From assembly GCA_020724465.1 (NCBI GenBank), contig DYGX01000006.1, positions 67,603-131,602 on the forward strand: a stretch of DNA of 64,000 nucleotides, given 5' to 3'. The notes below the pieces were generated by a model. The model did not search any database. It was given only the letters and a program-made list of their open reading frames with translations, and was not told the origin of the DNA. Source of the DNA: Thermoflexus sp. (GTDB lineage Bacteria; Chloroflexota; Anaerolineae; Aggregatilineales; Aggregatilineaceae). Every line of letters starts with the position of its first letter. The stretch's first letter is position 1. The position numbers and the translations under genes were made by a program. This document shows, in pieces, positions 9,123 through 17,600 of this stretch.

Positions 9123-9818
9123 TCAGCCGCGCAGATGCCACAGGGAACCGTCGAGGCAGGCGCGCAGCAGCCGCCGGTCCATCCCGGCGGACGGGCCGGG
9201 CCGCTCCGGGTGCCACTGCACGCCGAGCACCGGCAGCGCGCGGTGCCAGAGCGCCTCGACCACCCCATCTTCCTCCGAAAGCGCAATTCCTTCAAGTTCC
9301 GGCGCGAGGGTGGCCGCCGTCACGCCCTGGTGATGGAACGAATTGACACGCAGCGCCGCCCCGCCGAGCGTTTCCGCCAGGCGCGCGTGCGTCAGCGCGA
9401 TCGGGTGGTCACCCTGCGTGTGATCCGGACCGCCGGGCAGCAGCGCGGCGATGTCCTGCACCAGCGCCCCGCCGAAATAGACGTTGAGAACCTGCAGCCC
9501 GCGGCAGATGCCAATCACCGGTTTGTGATGCGCGGTGGCCCAGTCCAGCAAGCGCCACTCGGTGGCGTCGCGCTCCGGCGCGATCTCGTCGCTGTGCGTG
9601 TTGGGCGCGCCGTAGCGCGAGGGGTGCACGTCGCCCCCGCCGGACAGGATCAGCCCGTCCAGGTCCAGCGCCTGAACGTAGGCCGCCGGGTCGTCCAGCG
9701 CGTTCGGGATCAGGACCGGCCAGGCGCCCAGTTCCTGGCAAAAGCGGGTATAGGTGTGCCGCAGAAAATCGGCCGGGCGGTGCGGGTCAAGGCTGAGGGT
9801 GACGGCGAGCTTGAGCAT
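9123..9818 (-). CDS. class I glutamine amidotransferase-like / peptidase C26 (gamma-glutamyl hydrolase, PuuD-like)
   Basis: Nucleophile block GICRGLQVLNVYFGG, plus SFHHQGV and WHPE. ATG at 9818 lies 16 nt downstream of the preceding stop. Confidence 0.8.
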   Translation of the reverse strand: MLKLAVTLSLDPHRPADFLRHTYTRFCQELGAWPVLIPNALDDPAAYVQALDLDGLILSGGGDVHPSRYGAPNTHSDEIAPERDATEWRLLDWATAHHKPVIGICRGLQVLNVYFGGALVQDIAALLPGGPDHTQGDHPIALTHARLAETLGGAALRVNSFHHQGVTAATLAPELEGIALSEEDGVVEALWHRALPVLGVQWHPERPGPSAGMDRRLLRACLDGSLWHLRG

Positions 9819-9834
9819 GGCAGACCGACAGCGA

Positions 9835-10425
9835 TCAGGGTGCAGGCGTGGGGACGGCGCGTTGTTGCGCCTCATACTCGACCAGCAGCGCCATCTGCGG
9901 CGGGGTGATGTTGATAAACGGGCGCGCCTGCCGGATGGTAGCCAGCGCCTCGTCGAGCGTCATACCCATGCTGATCAGATAGGCGGCGGCGAGCGTCGGG
10001 GCGCGGCCCACGCCGCCCGCGCAATGAATGTAGACCTTGCGGCCCGCCGCGATCTGCTCGCGCACAAAAGCCACGCCGCGCGCCACGTCTTGGGCGGAGA
10101 TCGCGTCGTCGTCGACCGTGGGCAGGTGGCAGTATTCCGCCAGCGCTAGCCCGTGCGCGGCATCGTCGAACTCGGCCCGCAGATTGACTCCCGCCGTGAT
10201 CCCGGCGCGCTCCAGATGGTGCCTGCCGCGCCGCCCGTACTGCGGCCCGACATAGAGCTGCGGCGTCACCTCGCTGTAGCGCAGCAGCGGGATCCCGGTC
10301 AGCCTGGGCACGCCGCGCGCGTAGACCCACAGCAGCGTGGTGCGCAGCCCCTGCGTGCGCAGGCGGTGCACCAGAATCGCCCACCCTTTGCGCGCCTTGC
10401 GCCAAAGCGTTGAGAGAAACCCCAT
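9835..10425 (-). CDS. dual-specificity (CX5R) protein/lipid phosphatase-like protein
   Basis: Active-site loop VYIHCAGGVGRAPT (HCX5R[S/T]). Confidence 0.8.
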   Translation of the reverse strand: MGFLSTLWRKARKGWAILVHRLRTQGLRTTLLWVYARGVPRLTGIPLLRYSEVTPQLYVGPQYGRRGRHHLERAGITAGVNLRAEFDDAAHGLALAEYCHLPTVDDDAISAQDVARGVAFVREQIAAGRKVYIHCAGGVGRAPTLAAAYLISMGMTLDEALATIRQARPFINITPPQMALLVEYEAQQRAVPTPAP

Positions 10426-10428
10426 GCC

Positions 10429-11496
10429 CTAACTGTCCTTTGTGCGCTTGATGCCGGATCGGTCAACCGGCCCGGCGGGCACAGCCGCCTCGGCTGGAGT
10501 CCGGCGCAGCGTGCGGGTGAGGAAGACCAGCCCGCCGACGAAGGCGTGCCCCCAGGTCAGCACGCGCATGATGATCGCGATCACCCCGGCAGCCGAGCTG
10601 CCCACGCCCACCAGACCCAGGAAGAAGACATACGCCGATTCTTTGACGCCCAGCGCGGCGATCGAGATCGGGATCAGCTCGGCGGTCGTCGCCAGCGCGA
10701 TCATCGGCACAAAGCCGCTGGCCGGGATCGGGTCGGTGACCGCCACCAGGACCAGATAGGTCGCGCCCATCGTCAGCGCGTTGGCGAGCATGGAGAGCAG
10801 CACCACCTGTCCCAGCACGGCCGGGCTGTGAAGCTGCTCGGTGAAGGCGTGCTGCAGGTGGCGGCCCTTCTCGACCAACCGCCCCAGCCCCACGCGCTCC
10901 GCCAGCACCGCTACCGGCCCGAACAACCACCCCTGGCGCAGCATGATCACGCCCGCCAGCCCGCCAACAAACAGCGCGTGGACCAGCAGCACAAACGGCA
11001 GCGGCACGCGCCCCGGCTCCAGGAACAGCGCGAACAGACTCCCGGCTCCGGCCACGGTCAGCAGGCCGATCCCGCGCTCCAGCAGCACCGACGAGGTCGC
11101 GTCCGCTTTGCGGCCAGTTGCCGCCGCCGCATCCACCGCGCGCACCGCATCCCCGCCGACCGAGGTCGGCAGCACGGTGCTGAAAAACGCGCCGACAAAA
11201 TACGTCCCCAGCAGGCGGCGGAAAGGCAGCTCCAGGCCGCTTTCGCGCACGAACAACCCCCAGCGATAGGCTTTCACCGTCGTGCTAAGCAGCGTCAGCA
11301 GCCAGGCCAGCGGGATCATCGACCAATTGACGCTGCGCAGTTGCTCGGCGTCATCCGCCACCAGCGACAGCACAAACGCCATCAGCACGGCGGCGACGAT
11401 CAGCCGCAGCCACATCAGCAGGCGGTCGCGCCGGTGCCTGGCCCATGCCAGCAGCGCGCGCGGCAAAGAGCGGGATGGTGCCGTCGAATCGCTCAT
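10429..11496 (-). CDS. UPF0104 / lysylphosphatidylglycerol-synthase-TM-like (flippase-like) membrane protein
   Basis: Polytopic membrane protein. The block FFSTVLPTSVGGDAVRAV resembles the P..GG[DE]..R signature of the LPG_synthase_TM family. Confidence 0.7.
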   Translation of the reverse strand: MSDSTAPSRSLPRALLAWARHRRDRLLMWLRLIVAAVLMAFVLSLVADDAEQLRSVNWSMIPLAWLLTLLSTTVKAYRWGLFVRESGLELPFRRLLGTYFVGAFFSTVLPTSVGGDAVRAVDAAAATGRKADATSSVLLERGIGLLTVAGAGSLFALFLEPGRVPLPFVLLVHALFVGGLAGVIMLRQGWLFGPVAVLAERVGLGRLVEKGRHLQHAFTEQLHSPAVLGQVVLLSMLANALTMGATYLVLVAVTDPIPASGFVPMIALATTAELIPISIAALGVKESAYVFFLGLVGVGSSAAGVIAIIMRVLTWGHAFVGGLVFLTRTLRRTPAEAAVPAGPVDRSGIKRTKDS

Positions 11497-11791
11497 ACAG
11501 ACCGTGTACTCTCACCGGTTGAAGTTACATCGCGCATGGATCACCTGATCTCTACCAGCCTATACGAGCGACCGGCCCGCAAGTAGCGCGTCGCAGACAG
11601 GAACCGGCTGGATTTCGCACCAGCCGGCAGCAACCCGGCGATTATACCAGCGCGCTTCACCCACGCCAATCATCCGGTCACATCGCTCATATGCAGATCG
11701 TAAACAACATCTCGCCGGGTGCAATCAGCCCTTGACTTCCACCCAGAACGACCTGATCATTAGATTGAGCATCGCTCGCATCGATCAAGCC

Positions 11792-11813
11792 ATGCGCTGC
11801 GGCCGCAGCGCAT
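11792..11813. other. perfect 22-bp palindrome ATGCGCTGCGGCCGCAGCGCAT upstream of the MFS gene
   Basis: Read directly. Lies 33 nt upstream of ATG 11846 and is followed by GAGGGTTTTTTG. Confidence 0.6.
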
Positions 11814-11845
11814 CAGACCCCCGTGAGGCGAGGGTTTTTTGTTGC

Positions 11846-13099
11846 ATGGAACCCCCAGGCGAAGCCAGCCCAGCACTTGCCGAACAGGAACGGGCGAACT
11901 TCCGGCATCTGGTGCTGGATGTGATGTGGTTCGGCGTGGCGTTTCCTTCAACCGCCCGCTTTCTGTCCGTCTATGCCATCCGACTGGGGGCGGGCGCGGC
12001 GCTGCTCGGCTGGATCTCGGCGCTGCCGGCCATCATCCTGCTGGCGACCTCGACCTTTGCCCCGTGGTGGCGCAAGCGCTACGCCTCAACCGTTGACGCG
12101 CTGTTCTGGCCGGGACTGGGTTTTCGGCTGGTTTTCTTGCTGCCCGCGCTGACGCCTTTCTTCCCGCGCGACTTCCAGCCGTACTGGCTGCTGATCGCGG
12201 TTGTGCTCCCGGCCATCCCGCAGGGCGTCTCGACCGTTCTGTTCCTGGTGGTGCTGCGCGAAGGCATCAGCAACCGCGAGCTGCCGGGGCTGATGAGCCA
12301 GCGATCGTTCGCCTTCAATGTGGCAGTCGGCGTGATGACCGTCGCGTTTGGGTTTTGGCTTTCCAGGGCGCCGTTCCCGCTCAACTACCAGTTGATGTTT
12401 GTGGCCGCTTTCGCCGCGTCCCTCATCAGCCTGCTGCACGTCCAGGCCGTGCGCGAGATCAGCCCGGCGACGCTCCCGGAGCGGGCCGCCGGCTCGCTGC
12501 GGGCGCTGATGCGAACCCCCATTTTCCAGCGTGTGGCCTCCACGACGATCCTGGTTCATTTCTCATTCTTCACGATCCTGCCCATCATCCCGCTGTGGCT
12601 GGTGAATCGCTTCGGTGCAGACGAGCGCTTCCTGTCGATCTTCGGGCTGGTCGAGATCGCCGCGGCAGCCTCGATCGCGACCGTTACCGGGCGGATCGTG
12701 CGCCAGGTCGGCAGCCGCCGGACGATCGCCAGCGGCATGGCGCTGACCGGCCTGGCCGCGCTGGTGATCGCGATTGCGCCGAGCCTGTATGTCACGCTGA
12801 TCGCCGCCGCCATTTCCGGCGCAGCCTGGACCGCTGCCTCGATCAGTATGTTCAACTTCTTCAGCGAGAACACCCCGCCGGAGAACGTGACGCACTTCTC
12901 CACCGTCTATAATCAGGTCGTCTCGCTCTCGATCTTCGCCGGGCCGCTGCTGGGCAGCCAGCTTGCCAGCGTGGCGCCAGAGCTGAGCACAATTCTGATC
13001 CTGGGCGCGGTGCTGCGCGTCGTCGCCGCCGGTCTGATCCAGCTCGATATCTTTGGCCGCCCCCGCCGCATGCCTCAACCCGACACCGTGCAACCCTAA
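11846..13099 (+). CDS. MFS transporter
   Basis: About a dozen hydrophobic segments. Start set at ATG 11846 (MEPPGEAS...), because the upstream part of track ORF 11732.. has no membrane character. Confidence 0.7.
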   Translation: MEPPGEASPALAEQERANFRHLVLDVMWFGVAFPSTARFLSVYAIRLGAGAALLGWISALPAIILLATSTFAPWWRKRYASTVDALFWPGLGFRLVFLLPALTPFFPRDFQPYWLLIAVVLPAIPQGVSTVLFLVVLREGISNRELPGLMSQRSFAFNVAVGVMTVAFGFWLSRAPFPLNYQLMFVAAFAASLISLLHVQAVREISPATLPERAAGSLRALMRTPIFQRVASTTILVHFSFFTILPIIPLWLVNRFGADERFLSIFGLVEIAAAASIATVTGRIVRQVGSRRTIASGMALTGLAALVIAIAPSLYVTLIAAAISGAAWTAASISMFNFFSENTPPENVTHFSTVYNQVVSLSIFAGPLLGSQLASVAPELSTILILGAVLRVVAAGLIQLDIFGRPRRMPQPDTVQP

Positions 13100-13362
13100 A
13101 GGCTGCTCTGAACCCCGCAGACCGGATCACAAGGCAAATCTCGTGCTGTGCGTCGGGGCCGGGCCTGCTTGGCCCGTGCCCGATGCGAGGTTAAGCGCGG
13201 GGGTTGGGTGGCGGATGCGGCGTTCTTGCGCGTTTCTTACACCGCGTCGATCCATTTCATACGCGGCGCTGAGATGATTCTTACGCGGCTGTGGCACTCT
13301 GAAGGACACATCACGGTTGTATTGCGCGTTATTGGCCTGCGCTTTAACGGAGGAAGCTGACC

Positions 13363-13818
13363 ATGACGATCGTGACCCGGACTTCGACACGCCGCCCCCC
13401 GCGCACCTGGGATCAACTTTTCAGCGATCTGTGGGAAACCATGCCCGTCACGCATCCCGATCATCTGGCGACCGATGGCCGCCGTCCGGTGCTGCAGCCG
13501 CCGATGGACGTGATCGAGACTGAGACGGGGGTCACCATCCGCCTGGACCTGCCCGGCCTGACAGCCGACGATGTCAACGTCCAGATCGACGGCGACCGCC
13601 TGACCATCCGCGGCGAGTTCCGGCAGACGGAACCGGCCGAGGGCGAGCGCTATGTGCTGCGCGAGCGCCGGACGGGGACCTTCAAGCGGACCCTGCGCCT
13701 GAACAATATGCTCGACACCGAGCACGTCGAGGCGACCTTCCACAACGGCGTGTTGACCCTGACGCTGCCCCTGCGGCCCGAGTCGCAGCCCAAGCGGATC
13801 AAGGTTCAGACCGCCTGA
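13363..13818 (+). CDS. Hsp20/alpha-crystallin small heat-shock protein
   Basis: ACD blocks PPMDVIETETGVTIRLDLPG, DRLTIRGE, FKRTLRL and FHNGVLTLTLP. RBS is GGAGGAAG. Confidence 0.9.
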   Translation: MTIVTRTSTRRPPRTWDQLFSDLWETMPVTHPDHLATDGRRPVLQPPMDVIETETGVTIRLDLPGLTADDVNVQIDGDRLTIRGEFRQTEPAEGERYVLRERRTGTFKRTLRLNNMLDTEHVEATFHNGVLTLTLPLRPESQPKRIKVQTA

Positions 13819-13836
13819 CGTTCGCAGCGATCGCAC

Positions 13837-13873
13837 GCGCGCCGCTTCCTGTTGGAAACCGGCGCGCTTTTTT
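13837..13873 (+). terminator. rho-independent terminator after hsp20
   Basis: GCGCGCCG ... CGGCGCGC stem followed by TTTTTT. Confidence 0.65.
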
Positions 13874-13994
13874 GTTGGCGCGTGGTCCGTGCGTAGGGTA
13901 AGCGCCGTCCCCCGCGCTCGACACCGCGCCGGGGTGTGTTATCCTTGAGGCGACCAATTGCCGTTTGGCGCCTGTAAAGCGTAGACTCTGCCAT

Positions 13995-15341
13995 ATGATA
14001 ACACGACGACAGCTTCCCCTGTTCTTGATGATCGCCGCGCTGGCGGCGCTGGCGCTGGCCGCGATGGGTGCTCTGCTCGACCCGGCCGGCGATGACTCCT
14101 CTCTGGCGGCCCGGATCGCCCGCGCTCAGTCCGGCGCGACACCGACACCAGGCGGCGGGTTCGGCCCGATCGTCGGCCCCGACTACACTCCCCAGCCGCT
14201 GCATACCCCACTGCCACAGACCCTGCACGAGCGGCCCTGCCCGGCCATCGTGACCGCCGAGGCGGGCGTCACACTTCACGGCGCGGCAGATGCAGCATCG
14301 CCCGTGGTGGGGACGGCCAACGTCCGCGAGCGGCTGACGGTGGTCGCGCTGTCCAGCGATGCCGCCGGGAACCAGTGGGCGCAGACCGAGCGGGGCTGGT
14401 TGCCGCTCACGCTCAACGGCACCCAGCACGCCGTGCTGGATAGCATGCGCTCTTGCGAGATCTTGAAGGGGACCACGCCCCGAACGACGCTTCTGGGCCT
14501 GCACGTGCTCAATGAAACCAGCCACGACGAAGTGCTGGCGCTGGTGCGGCGGCTGGTGGACGCCGGAATCCCGATGGGGACGGTCAAAGGGCTGAACGGC
14601 GCAGAGCAAACCCTCAACGAGATCAAGATGATCTCGCCCCAGACGGTGACGGTCTTCCGCTCGCTGTGGACGGCTAATGGCATGTGGGACTGCCCCGCCG
14701 ACCCTGGCGAGTACGGCGACCCGGTCGAGACGGCCAACACCTGGATGAAGGGCCTCTACAGTTACTGGAACGCGGTCGACGCCGACTACTACGAGATCAT
14801 CAACGAGTGCCCGGTCGAGCTAAGCTGGATCGCGGAGTTCTCGATTGAAGCGATGCGGCTCGCCAACCAGCAGGGACGCTGCCTGCTGTTGTTCTCATTC
14901 CCCGGCGGCAACCCCACCGTCGACGCGTTCCGCGAGCTGCTGCCGGCCTATCAGTACGCGGTCGAGAACCCGTGCGCGCCGGGCCGCTATCACGGCGTCG
15001 CCTTGCACGCCTACAGCCTGGAAGACGGCCTGCTGGTCAGCGAGTCTGACAAATGGATCGGGTTCCGGCATCGCATCTTCGAGGAAGAACTGCGCCAGCG
15101 GCTCCCTGAAGCCGTCGATCTGCCGGTCTACATCACGGAGTTGGGCCAGGGCGGCGGGATGGCGATCCCATCCTGCGAGTCGCTGATCCGCGACGCCATG
15201 CAGTACACCTACCAGCTTGAGGAAGACCCGTATGTGAAGGGCTTCCACCTGTGGAGCGTCGGCTCCGGCACGCGCTGGGTGGATATCACCTCGTGCCTGC
15301 CCGCGCTGGGCGACGCACTGATCGCCTATTACCAGGGCTAG
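13995..15341 (+). CDS. secreted SH3b-domain protein with clan GH-A (TIM-barrel) glycoside hydrolase-like domain
   Basis: Signal/anchor MITRRQLPLFLMIAALAALALAA. SH3b-like VTLHGAADAASPVVGT...WAQTERGWLPL. Candidate acid/base IINECP and nucleophile YITELG. Confidence 0.6.
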   Translation: MITRRQLPLFLMIAALAALALAAMGALLDPAGDDSSLAARIARAQSGATPTPGGGFGPIVGPDYTPQPLHTPLPQTLHERPCPAIVTAEAGVTLHGAADAASPVVGTANVRERLTVVALSSDAAGNQWAQTERGWLPLTLNGTQHAVLDSMRSCEILKGTTPRTTLLGLHVLNETSHDEVLALVRRLVDAGIPMGTVKGLNGAEQTLNEIKMISPQTVTVFRSLWTANGMWDCPADPGEYGDPVETANTWMKGLYSYWNAVDADYYEIINECPVELSWIAEFSIEAMRLANQQGRCLLLFSFPGGNPTVDAFRELLPAYQYAVENPCAPGRYHGVALHAYSLEDGLLVSESDKWIGFRHRIFEEELRQRLPEAVDLPVYITELGQGGGMAIPSCESLIRDAMQYTYQLEEDPYVKGFHLWSVGSGTRWVDITSCLPALGDALIAYYQG

Positions 15342-15366
15342 GCCCGCCCGGCCCGTACGTGCGCGC

Positions 15367-15395
15367 AATCCCCGCCCCCGGCGGGGATTTTGTTT
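15367..15395 (+). terminator. rho-independent terminator
   Basis: AATCCCCGCC CCC GGCGGGGATT stem followed by TTTGTTT. Confidence 0.7.
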
Positions 15396-15464
15396 GCGCG
15401 GAGCCGACTTGACCAGCTTTCGCGGCGCGCATAGACTCACCATAGACGGTTCGCGAGGCAACTC

Positions 15465-16406
15465 ATGATACAAACGCGCGCCCTGAATGTACTCATTATT
15501 CACGGTATCGGCATCCGGCCACGCACCCCCGCTTACGCCCGCGCGCTGGAAGACGGCATCCGCCACGCCTTCGACCGGGCGGCGCGCCGCCTGCGCCTGC
15601 CGGACATCCCGCGCGGCGCGGCACGCGGCAGCACGGCGCTGCGCTTCGAGGCCGTCTGCTGGGATCCCGTCACGCAACGCCCGCAGGACGCGCTGCTAAG
15701 CGTGCTGCTCGGCCAGCCGCGCTTTCTGCGCCGGCTGAGCCTGACCGGGCGCCTGCGCGAATCCATTGTGGGGCTGGTGGGCGACGTCATCGCCTACGAA
15801 GCCGGGCCGCACAACCCGGTCTACCAGGCCATCCACGCCGAGGTGGCGCGCGGGCTGGATGCGCTGGCGGCGGGCGGAGACGGCGACGCTCCGCTGACGA
15901 TCATCGGGCACAGCCTGGGCAGCGTCATCGCGTCGGACTACGTGTGGGACCAGACGCGCGGCACGACGCACCGCCTGGCGGCGCACGGGCTGGCGCTGGT
16001 CAATATGATCTTGCTCGGCTCGCCGATGGCGCTCTATGCCCTGCGCGGCAACGCGGGCGGCGGGCCGGAGAGCATCCGCGACAGCCTGGACTCACCCGTT
16101 CAGATCGAGCCGGACGGCGGGTGGTGGCTCAACCTCTACGACCGGCAGGACGCGCTGGCCTGCCCGCTGGAACCCATTGACGCCTACCGGCGCGCGGGCG
16201 TGATCGACTGTCCGGTCCGCGCCGGGAGCTGGCTCACCGGCTGGAATCTGGGCAGTCACACCGGCTACTGGCGCTGCGCCGAAGTCGCGTCGATCATCGG
16301 GCAAAAGCTGGCCATCGATTGGGCGCGTCTCAATAGCCCGCGCTTTGCCGAGCGCGACGCGGATAAAGCGCTGGCCGCGCTGCGCCGCGATCTCAAGCGG
16401 CGCTGA
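15465..16406 (+). CDS. alpha/beta-fold serine hydrolase-like protein (lipase/esterase-type nucleophile elbow)
   Basis: GHSLGS elbow, with later YDRQDALA and GSHTGYW as candidate Asp/His. No signal peptide. Confidence 0.55.
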   Translation: MIQTRALNVLIIHGIGIRPRTPAYARALEDGIRHAFDRAARRLRLPDIPRGAARGSTALRFEAVCWDPVTQRPQDALLSVLLGQPRFLRRLSLTGRLRESIVGLVGDVIAYEAGPHNPVYQAIHAEVARGLDALAAGGDGDAPLTIIGHSLGSVIASDYVWDQTRGTTHRLAAHGLALVNMILLGSPMALYALRGNAGGGPESIRDSLDSPVQIEPDGGWWLNLYDRQDALACPLEPIDAYRRAGVIDCPVRAGSWLTGWNLGSHTGYWRCAEVASIIGQKLAIDWARLNSPRFAERDADKALAALRRDLKRR

Positions 16407-16431
16407 GCCGGCGCGGGAGAGAAAACGGACG

Positions 16432-16956
16432 ATGATTTTGTGGGAAGCGGCGCTGGCCGCGTTGGGGCTGTATGTACTCGTCACCGGGCAGCTTCGTGTC
16501 ATGGGGCGCGCGATCCGGGGGCGGCGGGCGCGCGAAGTTGGCCTGATCCTGATCGCGCCGCTGGCGCTCGCTCTGATTCTGGCGCTCGGCCTCGGCGCGC
16601 TGCTGGCGCCGGGCGACGAGCGACTGCCCGACGACGTGATCGACGTGCTGTCGCTGATCGAGTTTGCGCTGGTTGCGGCGGCGGTCGGCGCCGCCAGCTA
16701 CCTTGTCTTCGCCAGCGGGCAGACGTTGGGCAAGGTCTGGCACGCGAAATCTGAACCCGGCGCCGATCCATCCCCCGGCGCGCCGCAGGGCCGGATGACC
16801 GTGGCCCAGGCCGCGCAGGCCCTGGAACTGAGCGAGCTGGAAGTGCTGGCCCTGATCCGGACCGGGGCGCTGCCGGGCGTGCGAGCCGGGCTGAGCTATC
16901 ATGTCGATCGACGCGCGGTTGAGCGGCTGCGCCGCCAGCGCGGAGGACACGACTAG
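16432..16956 (+). CDS. membrane protein with C-terminal excisionase/MerR-type HTH domain
   Basis: Three hydrophobic helices, then MTVAQAAQALELSELEVLALIRTGALPGVR. ATG 16432 lies inside track ORF 16345..16956. Confidence 0.6.
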   Translation: MILWEAALAALGLYVLVTGQLRVMGRAIRGRRAREVGLILIAPLALALILALGLGALLAPGDERLPDDVIDVLSLIEFALVAAAVGAASYLVFASGQTLGKVWHAKSEPGADPSPGAPQGRMTVAQAAQALELSELEVLALIRTGALPGVRAGLSYHVDRRAVERLRRQRGGHD

Positions 16957-17562
16957 GTGATCGAGTGGCCCTTCCCCCCGTTCATGGACCCGGCCTGGCG
17001 CGACGCGCACCGCCGCGCCGCCGCGCAGTGGGCTGCCGATCTGCTGCAAAGCGAGGGCGTGATCTTCGACAGCGAAACGACCGGGCTTGGCCCGCGCGAT
17101 GAATTCGTGCAGGTAGGCGTGATCGACCTGCAGGGCAGCGTCCTGCTCGACGCGCTGGTACGCCCTTCGCGCCCGATCCCGCCGGATGCCACCGCTGTGC
17201 ACGGCCTGACCGATGCTGATGTCGCGCTGGCGCCTTCCTTTCCGGGGGTCTACGACGCGCTGCGCGAGGTGATCGGCGGGCGGCATGTGATCGTCTATAA
17301 CGCGGACTACGACCGCCGCATCCTCTCGCAGACCTGCCAGCTTTACGGCTTGCCGATGATCGAGGCGGCAGACTGGCGCTGTGCGATGAAAGGCTACGCG
17401 CGCTTCAATGGCGCGTGGAGCAGCCGCTACGGCGATTTCCGCTGGCTCCGCCTGACGGTGGCCTGCGCTGCCGAGGGCATCCCGGTCATCCGGGCGCACA
17501 GCGCGCTGGCAGACTGCCACCTGACACTGGCGCTGCTGCGGGCGATGGCCTCGACGCTGTGA
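16957..17562 (+). CDS. DEDDh (DnaQ-like) 3'-5' exonuclease
   Basis: Exo I FDSETTG, Exo II VIVYNADYD, Exo III HSALADC. GTG 16957 directly abuts the upstream stop. Confidence 0.8.
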   Translation: MIEWPFPPFMDPAWRDAHRRAAAQWAADLLQSEGVIFDSETTGLGPRDEFVQVGVIDLQGSVLLDALVRPSRPIPPDATAVHGLTDADVALAPSFPGVYDALREVIGGRHVIVYNADYDRRILSQTCQLYGLPMIEAADWRCAMKGYARFNGAWSSRYGDFRWLRLTVACAAEGIPVIRAHSALADCHLTLALLRAMASTL

Positions 17563-17600
17563 GCGCGCCAGGACGCTCAAACGAGGGAGCGCGGTTTGCC

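Noticed and set aside
13100-13362. 263-bp region upstream of hsp20, considered as a possible RNA thermometer (ROSE/fourU) or CIRCE operator
   Set aside because: I could not find a CIRCE inverted repeat (TTAGCACTC-N9-GAGTGCTAA), and I found no convincing anti-SD pairing to GGAGGAAG. No claim is supportable without folding and comparative analysis.
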